A stretch of 64,000 nt of DNA from a virus (IMGVR_UViG_3300046028_005224:27435-91434); one strand, 5' to 3'; numbered from the stretch's first letter, positions 8,965 to 17,050 are shown. Notes: generated by a model from the letters alone, not told the origin. Translations and numbers: made by a program.

Positions 8965-9617
8965 CTAACATCTCTATAGAGTTTAGGATAAAATGGATGT
9001 TTATGAACGATTAAATTATTTCGTTTAACATTCCATCCAAGAATACATTCAGGATTCACAATTACACCTTCAGTACAAATATCTTCAAAGTCTGGATACA
9101 TTCTACAATAAGCCATCATGGTATCATAATCGCCAAAAGCAAATGTATCTCCTAAAGCATAATCTGTATGGCTCTTAATATCTGTAATATGAAGTCCTTT
9201 TGGATCATAATCAGATAACTTACCCAATGGTTCTACGAACCAATTGTCTGTGCGGGTTCTAATAACACAATCAAACTTTTCAATTTCCGCATCCTGAACA
9301 TATTTATCCATCAATAAAGATGCTTTATATAAACTATATGCCTGAGAAGCAATGTTGTTTAGCGGATGATAATATCTTGGATCTGATTCAATTGTTGGAT
9401 GAGAGAACGTTTTGGCTTCTTCAAAATCTACATCATGAGGATCAACCTCGTCAATAATAAAATCTTTAGTTTTATAATCACAGTTCCAGAAATGTGCAAA
9501 AATAGCAATTTCAGTTGCTGCACAAAAACTAAAAAGATATTGCTGATGGTTGGGCCAACACTCAATAAAATCTCTCGGTTGACCAGAATAAAGAATGGCA
9601 ACAGATTTATTAGACAT
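8961..9617 (-). CDS. GQPR-motif putative glycosyltransferase, paralogue 3
   Basis: Start MSNKSVAILYSGQPR; IFAHFW, SQAYSL, FDCVIRTRTD and DTFAFG motifs. Confidence 0.6.
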   Translation of the reverse strand: MSNKSVAILYSGQPRDFIECWPNHQQYLFSFCAATEIAIFAHFWNCDYKTKDFIIDEVDPHDVDFEEAKTFSHPTIESDPRYYHPLNNIASQAYSLYKASLLMDKYVQDAEIEKFDCVIRTRTDNWFVEPLGKLSDYDPKGLHITDIKSHTDYALGDTFAFGDYDTMMAYCRMYPDFEDICTEGVIVNPECILGWNVKRNNLIVHKHPFYPKLYRDVR

Positions 9618-10326
9618 GGAATTGACTATTATCTTTAGATAAGTGTAGCATTTTTGGTTCAAATTCGCAATAGTTTGCAAACACTTCTGGGAATGCATAT
9701 TGCGGATGTAAGGTATTTACTTTATCTTTATTCTGAGAGAAAAATTTATTTAAGTGGCTTTCATCATGCCATTGTGCAATTATATTATTATCCAAATCTT
9801 TATTAACTTGATCTGCAAGATATGAAATTAAAGAACTAACTTCTTCACCCTTTCCTCCCCACAAACATCCTTGATAATAAACAGAAATATCATCACCCTC
9901 TTCAACACATGCGCGGGAAAGATTTGTTACGTCAAATGCTCCAGGAGGTTGATTATGAGGAGGCATGTCAAGAAAATGACAAGGATGATGTACACCGAAG
10001 TAAGGCTTACTATCATCAAAAAATTCTTCAGCAGTAATCTTAGTTACTGGAATGAGGTCTGCGTCAAGAAAAACATACCAATCACTTTCTTTGATTACAT
10101 CTCTAGCTTTTTGAAGAATTTCAAATCTCTTTAAAGTGATAAAGGGCCAATCAAGATGTTCTTGTTTATATGCTTTAACATCCTCTGGAAAATCTCCTTC
10201 ACCATCAGTAAAAACTAAAAAGGTTTTTTCTGCTTCAGGTAAAAAATTATCGCTAACTTGCTCATACCATTTAGGAAGAAAATTAAGATAACGACCAGTG
10301 CCAATAAAACTAATTGCAACTTTCAT
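9610..10326 (-). CDS. Glycosyltransferase family 6 (ABO-type)
   Basis: IGTGRY, WPFITLKRF, FLDAD, YYQGCLWGG and WHDESHLNK motifs. Confidence 0.9.
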   Translation of the reverse strand: MKVAISFIGTGRYLNFLPKWYEQVSDNFLPEAEKTFLVFTDGEGDFPEDVKAYKQEHLDWPFITLKRFEILQKARDVIKESDWYVFLDADLIPVTKITAEEFFDDSKPYFGVHHPCHFLDMPPHNQPPGAFDVTNLSRACVEEGDDISVYYQGCLWGGKGEEVSSLISYLADQVNKDLDNNIIAQWHDESHLNKFFSQNKDKVNTLHPQYAFPEVFANYCEFEPKMLHLSKDNSQFHV

Positions 10327-11114
10327 CAAACCAGCTCCCATGCTTTAGGAATTAAATCTTTAGTATCTAGGTGAGAATTATTTGAACCTTCAAACCAACC
10401 TTTTGGTGCTACGACATGTTCACTATTTGATAACCATGCACCCCACCAACTAAAAGAACTATTTGCAATGATGTGTCCTTTACACAAAGTCATAAGACAC
10501 ATATCCAAATATTGATTTGTATTTTCTGAAATCATAAAACGATTATCATTAAACATTTCTTGTTCAAAACACCATTTAGGATCATCAGAAAAAACAAGCA
10601 CTTGGCGATTAGGGAAAGCCTCCAATGCCTTTTTATAATATTCTAGGGAAAGTGCGGTATGATTTGTATTGGTTACATAATCAGTTCTTCGTACATGGAG
10701 GCTAACTGGATTATTAAATGATGTCATTGCTTCCATTGCTGGTCCTAGAATGTCATCATTGAACACAAAGTCACCCTTTATTTCTTCTTTAATAAAAGTA
10801 AAATATTTTTCGCTTTGAAAGAACCCTTGTAATGTTACCCAGTCAGGACACTCATTAAAAAGCTTTTCATTAAAATGAAAAGTCTCTTCAAGAATTGTAG
10901 GTCTTCCTTCATCAATATATTGAACGTTTAAGTAATTTGTATTTTTAAGTTTAAACGGGATAAACAATTGATGATCATACCATTCATCTTTTTGATAAGA
11001 TGGGGGAATGCAAAATTGATATCCTCGGTTTCTAGCTATTCCCTTTACTGCGGCAAACTGAAACATCTGATTTCCAAGTCTGCCTAATTTGCCCAGGGCA
11101 TTAAATCCAATCAT
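10326..11114 (-). CDS. alpha-1,2-fucosyltransferase, GT11
   Basis: GRLGNQMFQ, GFFQSEKYF, HVRRTDY, FSDD and NSSFSWWGAWL motifs. Confidence 0.92.
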   Translation of the reverse strand: MIGFNALGKLGRLGNQMFQFAAVKGIARNRGYQFCIPPSYQKDEWYDHQLFIPFKLKNTNYLNVQYIDEGRPTILEETFHFNEKLFNECPDWVTLQGFFQSEKYFTFIKEEIKGDFVFNDDILGPAMEAMTSFNNPVSLHVRRTDYVTNTNHTALSLEYYKKALEAFPNRQVLVFSDDPKWCFEQEMFNDNRFMISENTNQYLDMCLMTLCKGHIIANSSFSWWGAWLSNSEHVVAPKGWFEGSNNSHLDTKDLIPKAWELV

Positions 11115-11136
11115 GATTAGTAGTTAATTATCGTAT

Positions 11137-11165
11137 ATTATACAAAAAAATAAGTTTAAAGTCAA
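11137..11165 (-). promoter_or_regulatory. sigma70 promoter of the glycan cluster
   Basis: TTGACT-17-TATAAT. Confidence 0.75.
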
Positions 11166-12196
11166 GTTTCTTTTTGGATAGATTTAATTTCTATCATTGA
11201 ACTTCTATCCATTTTATCTACATTTTCTGGATCATTAAAAGATTTTATAGCTAAAGTAAATCTATCCGCCTGTGCAAATGGTGTTAATGGTAATACTTTA
11301 TGTTCTATTTGAGAATCGAAAACGACAATTCTACCAGGAATAAAATCTACAACTTTATGTACTGTGGAATTTTCTTCATATATTTTTAACTCACCTCCCC
11401 AAGTTTCATCCCAATACTTATTACAAAAAATAATAATAGTTAGACATCCAGAAAATGCTGCGTCTATATGTCTGTTTACATAAGATATTTGTGGATAATG
11501 ATTAATATAAAAATCATACAGATATAAAGTTTGATTAAGATTATTTACAATTTTTTGTACAGAGGGTAACACACCTGAGTCTTCAAGTTCTCTGGCAGAT
11601 AAGTGGCAAGTAAATCTAAGATCTCTTGATGGAAACAATGGATCACTAGTGTGTTCAAACTTATACTTAGATTGTATACAATATCGATGTAAGTGATTTA
11701 ACTCCGCCCTAGTAAGTTTATCATCAAAAACAAATAATTGATCTTTATAAAAATTAGTGCTCATGTTAATATTATAATGTAAATATAATCTTTTTTTAAT
11801 TTCTTTAAAGTATTCAAATTCTTTATCATTTAATTCAATAATCTGATCTAATAAATTTGCATACTCTATAATATATAACTCTTTTTGTAAATCAATATCA
11901 AATTTATGTTCTAAGATTTGATCAATACGTTTTTCTAAATTTGAATAAAAATATACAAGTTCTTCGGCACGAGTTCCTATTATTTTTTTTACATCTTCAC
12001 GATCAATATTTAAATCAAATTTAAAATAATCAGTTCCATAGATTGCATGATACAATCCAGCATCAATTAAATATTGTTCATTGGGAAAATGCTGTTGTAT
12101 TATTTTAGAAGTATTATATAAATGTTCGTAAAAAGTTTTATTTCCATGCTGAACATTTATAGTCTTATCTAATATAAATTTAAGTTTGTTATTCAT
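11162..12196 (-). CDS. HD-like N-terminal domain fused to a 2OG-Fe(II) oxygenase
   Basis: H...EHL...AGLYHAIYGT in the N-terminus; HID, WGGEL, GRIVVFDSQIEH and RFTLA in the C-terminus. Confidence 0.8.
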   Translation of the reverse strand: MNNKLKFILDKTINVQHGNKTFYEHLYNTSKIIQQHFPNEQYLIDAGLYHAIYGTDYFKFDLNIDREDVKKIIGTRAEELVYFYSNLEKRIDQILEHKFDIDLQKELYIIEYANLLDQIIELNDKEFEYFKEIKKRLYLHYNINMSTNFYKDQLFVFDDKLTRAELNHLHRYCIQSKYKFEHTSDPLFPSRDLRFTCHLSARELEDSGVLPSVQKIVNNLNQTLYLYDFYINHYPQISYVNRHIDAAFSGCLTIIIFCNKYWDETWGGELKIYEENSTVHKVVDFIPGRIVVFDSQIEHKVLPLTPFAQADRFTLAIKSFNDPENVDKMDRSSMIEIKSIQKET

Positions 12197-12210
12197 TTAG
12201 CATTGAAAGT

Positions 12211-12236
12211 AAAAAAGGTGGGTATGCAACCCACCT
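12211..12236 (-). terminator. Rho-independent terminator
   Basis: AGGTGGGT-TGCAT-ACCCACCT-TTTTT. Confidence 0.85.
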
Positions 12237-12239
12237 CAT

Positions 12240-12440
12240 GTAACTCAGGCTCGCCACTTGCCCTTTGTCTGGAGGCAAGAAACCAGGCGGGGTTACCCCA
12301 TCCGCACCACCAGTTTTTTAAGGAAACTGGAAACCTCAGGGGTCATTTGACCATCCCGACCAGGGTTGTTAACGTGTCTCCATCACGGGCATATTGGGGA
12401 TGACTCCACCAGGATAAGTTTTAAGTCGTTCCAGGACTAT
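12240..12440 (-). ncRNA. manA-like large structured RNA
   Basis: GC-rich non-coding island next to the tRNA cluster; two GGTTTC-stem-GTGG modules, GGTGGTGCGGATGGGG and three CCTGG words; resembles the cyanophage manA motif from memory. Confidence 0.65.
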
Positions 12441-12702
12441 TACTTTCTTTATCCCATTTCATTATGGGGCAAAAAGTCTCTGAGAATTTAACTTTATTAG
12501 AAATGTAGCAACCGCAGATTTTACAACGATCATCTTCGGCAACATAAAATTCACATTGTTTACAAATTTCAGTTCTATTTTTTTGCGTATTATCACTAGC
12601 AAAAACTGATTTGTTTTCAAAAGCACCAACTACAACATCTTTAGCCGAAGATAAAACATTTTTTAGTTGCTTTATTGCAGGAGGATATTGTGTGTTTTCC
12701 AT
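12421..12702 (-). CDS. Small Cys-rich (zinc-binding) protein
   Basis: RTEICKQCEFY...RCKICGC...CPIMKW. Confidence 0.75.
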   Translation of the reverse strand: MENTQYPPAIKQLKNVLSSAKDVVVGAFENKSVFASDNTQKNRTEICKQCEFYVAEDDRCKICGCYISNKVKFSETFCPIMKWDKESNSPGTT

Positions 12703-12707
12703 TGTTT

Positions 12708-12926
12708 TTAAATTTCTACTTCTACATGCTTAAGATCATTATAGATATACTCCATCAAAATTTCATAGTCATCAAGTGGGTCTCCTGAAAAAATTACTCC
12801 TTCGTTTTCATAAAAACGACGAACTTTTTTATAAAGTTTCGGATTCTTTACATCAAGAAGAATTTCTCCATGTGCTGCAGCACGAAGAGTACTAACGTCT
12901 TTCTTAAATTTAGCAGTGAGTGACAT
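12708..12926 (-). CDS. Conserved cyanophage hypothetical protein
   Basis: 72-aa ORF behind TTGACA-17-TATAAT (12978-12950). Confidence 0.8.
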   Translation of the reverse strand: MSLTAKFKKDVSTLRAAAHGEILLDVKNPKLYKKVRRFYENEGVIFSGDPLDDYEILMEYIYNDLKHVEVEI

Positions 12927-12993
12927 TGTTTTGAATGAACTACGAACAAATTATAAAATGAATTTGAGAGATTGTCAAGAGGGCTTAAGCCCA

Positions 12994-13066
12994 TGCTGGT
13001 TGTGGGGAACGATCCCACCTGTGTCCGATTATGAGTCGGGTGCTTTCACCAGATAGCTAAACCAGC
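12994..13066 (-). tRNA. tRNA with CAU anticodon (elongator Met or Ile2)
   Basis: Cloverleaf GCTGGTT.../AACCAGC A, anticodon arm CCCGA-CTCATAA-TCGGA; atypical T-loop ATCGTTC. Confidence 0.85.
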
Positions 13067-13072
13067 AGCAGG

Positions 13073-13144
13073 TAGGACTGCAGGGAGTTGAACCCCGTTC
13101 ACTCCGTTATAAGCAGAGGGCTTTAACCGATAAGCAACAGTCCC
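13073..13144 (-). tRNA. tRNA-Ile(UAU)
   Basis: Anticodon arm CTCTG-CTTATAA-CGGAG; GGTTCAACTCC T-arm. Confidence 0.9.
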
Positions 13145-13153
13145 ATTATAAAA

Positions 13154-13321
13154 TTAATCAGTAAACCCGCTACATATTCGCACCATATCCTCATACTCAT
13201 CTATTGGCATAAGAACACAATCTCCGTTGACACTTTTAATTAAAAAAGTTTCTCCTTCGCCAACGCGATCAAGGTAATCTTCAAAATACTGTTGCAATTC
13301 ATCAACTGTAATTTCAGTCAT
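13154..13321 (-). CDS. Phd/YefM-like antitoxin-fold protein
   Basis: MTEITVDELQQYFEDYLDRVGEGETFLIKS..VLMPIDEYE matches the Phd pattern. Confidence 0.65.
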   Translation of the reverse strand: MTEITVDELQQYFEDYLDRVGEGETFLIKSVNGDCVLMPIDEYEDMVRICSGFTD

Positions 13322-13360
13322 TTGTCGTATCAATTTTTTCATTTTATTTATAAAATGATA

Positions 13361-13434
13361 TCGGGGTGATAGGATTTGAACCTACGGCCCCTCGCTCCCA
13401 AAGCGAGTGCTCTACCAAACTGAGCTACACCCCG
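13361..13434 (-). tRNA. tRNA-Pro(UGG)
   Basis: Canonical cloverleaf; promoter TTGACA-17-TATAAT at 13485-13457. Confidence 0.95.
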
Positions 13435-13547
13435 TTATTTTGTTTTATGCACTACCATTATACCCATAATTGGTAAGATTGTCAACCCCATTCCACAAAG
13501 TCCCAACCAAATCTGACTTGCTGCTAATGCCTCTACAAGATGAAACA

Positions 13548-13742
13548 TTAGTATCCCCTCCAAGTCTTGAACTCATAATAGAAGTATTGATCCATATCAC
13601 CACTCAACGGTGCGTTAACATCCTTATGAGCCCATTCCATACAAAACTCTTTTATTTTTATATCACTCATTGCACCTCTTCCCCACATTCTCACAAATGC
13701 AGAAGCAGCAAAGTGATATCTTTGTTTAATGTTGGATTCCAT
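13548..13742 (-). CDS. Hypothetical protein
   Basis: 64-aa ORF in a tightly packed run. Confidence 0.7.
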   Translation of the reverse strand: MESNIKQRYHFAASAFVRMWGRGAMSDIKIKEFCMEWAHKDVNAPLSGDMDQYFYYEFKTWRGY

Positions 13743-13746
13743 TTAA

Positions 13747-13926
13747 TTACTTGTCTTTTAATAGTTCTTCTACTCGTTTACGCATGTTGGTACTATCTTG
13801 ATTGAGATAGTCTCTCAAAGAATAACCACGATGACCTCGTAGGATACATGTTCCTTGATAGAACATCGTGGAAGCAAAAACTAATAACAGTATACAACCA
13901 ATTAGTTCAATGTGATTTTGAGCCAT
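13747..13926 (-). CDS. Small membrane protein (not in the ORF track)
   Basis: MAQNHIELIGCILLLVFASTMFYQG...ELLKDK, 59 aa, fills the gap between neighbours. Confidence 0.65.
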   Translation of the reverse strand: MAQNHIELIGCILLLVFASTMFYQGTCILRGHRGYSLRDYLNQDSTNMRKRVEELLKDK

Positions 13927-14105
13927 GGCAGTAAAGGTGGAATGATACCTATGAGTCTGAGGAGACCTTCAGCAAATAAAGCAAGAACGAACCAACCGAC
14001 ACACATAGAAATAATTGCAGCATTACGGTTGTGCTTACGAATTGCATCATCGATCATCTCCTGTACTTCTGAACGACTGATAAGTTCATCCTGTTCTTGA
14101 ATCAT
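13902..14105 (-). CDS. Small membrane protein
   Basis: Hydrophobic C-terminal half; ATGA overlap with the upstream ORF. Confidence 0.75.
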   Translation of the reverse strand: MIQEQDELISRSEVQEMIDDAIRKHNRNAAIISMCVGWFVLALFAEGLLRLIGIIPPLLPWLKITLN

Positions 14106-14251
14106 TTTTCATCTCCAAGAAATTTTGCCAGTGGATCTTTTCGGGTTTTGACAATTTCACAAGCTCGATAATAGAACATATTGTCCATATTACCAGACTC
14201 TTCAAAAGTGGCTTTTATTTTAAGCCAATTCTCATAAGTATGCTGATCCAT
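14102..14251 (-). CDS. Hypothetical cyanophage protein (not in the ORF track)
   Basis: MDQHTYENWLKIKATFEESGNMDNMFYYRACEIVKTRKDPLAKFLGDEK, 49 aa. Confidence 0.7.
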   Translation of the reverse strand: MDQHTYENWLKIKATFEESGNMDNMFYYRACEIVKTRKDPLAKFLGDEK

Positions 14252-14346
14252 AAACGGATTTCATAACATAATATATAATAGTTCAGACACAAAAAAAGTC
14301 AAGAAAGGTTAGACTTTCAAGACTTAGATTAAGAAAATATTAAAAG

Positions 14347-14432
14347 CGGTGAGGGTGGGATTTGAACCCACGGAGGCTATTAACCTCGGCGGTTTTCAAG
14401 ACCGCTGCCATAAACCACTCGACCACCTCACC
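14347..14432 (-). tRNA. tRNA-Ser(UGA)
   Basis: Anticodon arm GCGGT-CTTGAAA-ACCGC; long variable arm. Confidence 0.95.
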
Positions 14433-14683
14433 TAGCGGATTTCAAAGTCCAATTTACGAACTTTACGTTGCCTTCTTGCTTCTTGATAAACAAGATCTTC
14501 GGCAGAAAAAATTGTCTTTTTACTAGATTCTTTTACTGAATTTAACATGACAATTTGTGTTAAATCAACTGCTGAGATTTTATCCCCACGTACAGTTGTC
14601 ATATTTGAACAACCACAACATCTAGTTTGTGTTGGATGGCTTTCTAATTCTTTATTACAAGTTTTGCATCTAATTTTTAACAT
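14432..14683 (-). CDS. Zn-ribbon hypothetical protein
   Basis: Start MLKIRCKTC...RCCGC; the longer call overlaps tRNA-Val. Confidence 0.75.
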   Translation of the reverse strand: MLKIRCKTCNKELESHPTQTRCCGCSNMTTVRGDKISAVDLTQIVMLNSVKESSKKTIFSAEDLVYQEARRQRKVRKLDFEIR

Positions 14684-14721
14684 GTCACATATTATACTCA
14701 ATAAAGTATATATGTGACAAA

Positions 14722-14793
14722 TGGGAAATGTCGGATTTGAACCAACGACCGTCTGCGTGTAAAGCAGCTGCGCTACCACTGCGCCAATCTCCC
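14722..14793 (-). tRNA. tRNA-Val(UAC)
   Basis: Cloverleaf, anticodon loop TTTACAC. Confidence 0.95.
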
Positions 14794-14880
14794 AGGAGTG
14801 TTACGGCATTTTGGTTTATCTTTCCAACGCAAGTAACACAACTTGGTCTCTTTCTAGGCTATCTGCCTAACGAGTACCAA

Positions 14881-14952
14881 CTGCCCAGGCTGGGATCGAA
14901 CCAGCGACCAGTCGATTAACAGTCGAATGCTCTACCGCTGAGCTACTGGGCA
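14881..14952 (-). tRNA. tRNA-Asn(GUU)
   Basis: Cloverleaf, anticodon loop CTGTTAA. Confidence 0.95.
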
Positions 14953-14958
14953 ACAATA

Positions 14959-15129
14959 TTAAGGTTGTTTAGTTTCCATCATGTATTCTACTGTATTTGC
15001 AATGTCATTCATTGCATCACGAAGAAAAGGTTGTTGTCCAGATTCTTGACGAACAACTGGGCGGTGGTCATCTGTGAGTGACCATCTCCATTGTTTCATG
15101 TGAGAGCAATACCACAGATTAATTTTCAT
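14959..15129 (-). CDS. Hypothetical protein
   Basis: Start MKINLWYC, overlapping the upstream ORF end. Confidence 0.7.
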   Translation of the reverse strand: MKINLWYCSHMKQWRWSLTDDHRPVVRQESGQQPFLRDAMNDIANTVEYMMETKQP

Positions 15130-15277
15130 GTTTGAAATATTCCAGTTCGATCCAATTAAGAAGTGTTTGGAAGGAATTGATTGCTGCTTGATTACAGTTG
15201 TCATCTTTCAATTTTTGAACATAATACTCCAATGCTTCAATCGCCATTTGGCGGTCTGTTTGCGAAATAAGTGACAT
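15119..15277 (-). CDS. Hypothetical protein
   Basis: Start MSLISQTD with GGAGG SD. Confidence 0.75.
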   Translation of the reverse strand: MSLISQTDRQMAIEALEYYVQKLKDDNCNQAAINSFQTLLNWIELEYFKHEN

Positions 15278-15293
15278 GTGAACCTCCAGTAGG

Positions 15294-15374
15294 TGCCCGA
15301 AAGAGGACTTGAACCTCCACTCCTTACGGAACATGATCCTAAGTCATGCGTGGCTACCATTACACCATTCGGGC
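15294..15374 (-). tRNA. tRNA-Leu(UAG)
   Basis: Anticodon arm CATGA-CTTAGGA-TCATG; variable arm. Confidence 0.95.
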
Positions 15375-15432
15375 AAAAACCCCTATAGGGTATATAGCTA
15401 TTATACACCATATAGGGGAAGGCTGTCAACTA

Positions 15433-16935
15433 TCAGAAACGGAAGGTTGTCTGAATCACACCACCATAATTATCCGAAGCTTGCTTCAGACCTTGGTTGT
15501 TGGACACATAGAACACAGCAGGAGTTACGCTGATATTATCGCTAACTTTGTAACGATAGAATGCTTCCCACATAATCGCTTTCTGATCTGCTTTGAGTGA
15601 AGAAGCATTACCAGGAGCACCAATGGCGAAACCAGCAGCATTACCCTTAGAAAATACATCGCTCCACTGAGTACCAACAAACCAAGTTTGGGAGTCGGTA
15701 GCACCATTAGGAGTTGGACGGTTGTTAGAAACACTCACAGTGTTCCAACCATAAGCACCACTCACAGAAGGAATGATACCAGACTTCTTGGGTTGCCAGT
15801 ATGCGTTGAAAGCATAACCATTGGAGGTTTGGTTAGCAGCAAGAGCACCAGAACCACCACCGATAGCGTTGAAGTTACGAACACGAGTTCCTTCAGTACC
15901 GTAGCGGTAACCGAAAGCAACACCATACTGAGGAGCACGGTAACCAACCTGTGCCAGAGTGTTCAGAGAACCATCTTCATCAAACTGACCTTTGGTAGAA
16001 TCGTTTCCGTTCTGGGCAACATAGTTGATACCAGCAACAAAACCAGGCTTACCTTTCTTGGTAGGTTGAACCCACTGAGCACCGAAACCAGAACCAGTTG
16101 CCTTGTTGTAGACACCAGGAGCACCAGCAACAGAGAAGAAGTCCAGAATGTCTGAACGATAGGCAGTAGGAACCCAAGCCATCTCAGTGTTACGAACCTG
16201 AGCACCAGCAGTCAGAGTCATACCTTTGGTAAGACCAGGGAAGCTATAATACAGACGATCAAGAGTTACAGTGTTTGCATAAGTTTCTGCCTTGTCCAGT
16301 TTGAACAGAGACGAGGAAGAACCAAAGGGTTGACTGGAGAAATTACCAGAACGCAGACGGGTCTTCAACAGATCCTTACCAGTGAAGGAAGTATCAAAGC
16401 TCAGACGAACATCGTAGTTGAAAGCAGTGTTACCGACATTGCTGCTGTTAGCAAGACGAGCACCATCTACACCACCCAGAACGAAGGTTGCTTCACCTTT
16501 GAGTTTGGTTGTAGTGGAGAATTGAGTTGCTTGGAGAGTCCCAACTTGTTTCTCCAGTTTAGCAACACGACCTCGAATAACTTGCAGTTCGTTAGAGAAC
16601 TCATTAGCAAGACGCTGGAGTTCATCGGTAACTTCGGTTACACGATCAAGGCAAGCATTCAGAAGTGCTGCTGCCTCAAAGCGGGTCATTGCCTTTCCAC
16701 CAAGGAAAGTTCCATTCTCGTAACCAGCAACGCAACCATAACGCTCTACGAGGTTGCTGAGTGCCTGATATGCCCAATCTGTAGGTTGAACATCAGACAA
16801 TTTAGTAATACTTGAAACCTGCTCAGCGGAAGTATATTGGTTGACTGCTGCCATATTAAGATCTGCGGCATTCGCAGCAACAGGAGCAACCATTCCCAGA
16901 GCAACAGGTGCAAGCATAAGTTGTTTGAGTTTCAT
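15433..16935 (-). CDS. Cyanobacterial outer-membrane porin (SLH + OprB, SomA/SomB-like)
   Basis: Signal peptide; SDVQPTDWAYQALSNLVERYGC SLH domain; TRFEAAALL; FSTTTKLKGE; terminal TTFRF. Confidence 0.95.
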   Translation of the reverse strand: MKLKQLMLAPVALGMVAPVAANAADLNMAAVNQYTSAEQVSSITKLSDVQPTDWAYQALSNLVERYGCVAGYENGTFLGGKAMTRFEAAALLNACLDRVTEVTDELQRLANEFSNELQVIRGRVAKLEKQVGTLQATQFSTTTKLKGEATFVLGGVDGARLANSSNVGNTAFNYDVRLSFDTSFTGKDLLKTRLRSGNFSSQPFGSSSSLFKLDKAETYANTVTLDRLYYSFPGLTKGMTLTAGAQVRNTEMAWVPTAYRSDILDFFSVAGAPGVYNKATGSGFGAQWVQPTKKGKPGFVAGINYVAQNGNDSTKGQFDEDGSLNTLAQVGYRAPQYGVAFGYRYGTEGTRVRNFNAIGGGSGALAANQTSNGYAFNAYWQPKKSGIIPSVSGAYGWNTVSVSNNRPTPNGATDSQTWFVGTQWSDVFSKGNAAGFAIGAPGNASSLKADQKAIMWEAFYRYKVSDNISVTPAVFYVSNNQGLKQASDNYGGVIQTTFRF

Positions 16936-17004
16936 AAAAGTTTGTATTGTTATTAAACGACAATAGTGTTTAGAAGTCTTAAAAAAATCTTAAGACACAA
17001 GGAT

Positions 17005-17049
17005 ATACTAAGATATTTTCGTGTGTATGTCAACTAAGATTTGGTTAAG
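17005..17049 (-). promoter_or_regulatory. Porin promoter with Pho-box-like repeats
   Basis: CTTAACC and CTTAGTT 11 bp apart, the second overlapping TTGACA-17-TAGTAT. Confidence 0.6.
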
Positions 17050-17050
17050 A

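Noticed and set aside
12203-12403. 66-aa plus-strand ORF
   Set aside because: Antisense to the structured RNA and terminator; no SD; explained by local GC richness
14794-14880. Known self-cleaving ribozyme (hammerhead, pistol, HDV/theta) in the tRNA spacer
   Set aside because: I could not place the catalytic cores or pseudoknots; kept only as an unassigned structure
14684-15429. ORF calls and N-terminal extensions overlapping tRNA-Val, tRNA-Asn and tRNA-Leu
   Set aside because: The tRNA cloverleaves are clear and better downstream starts exist
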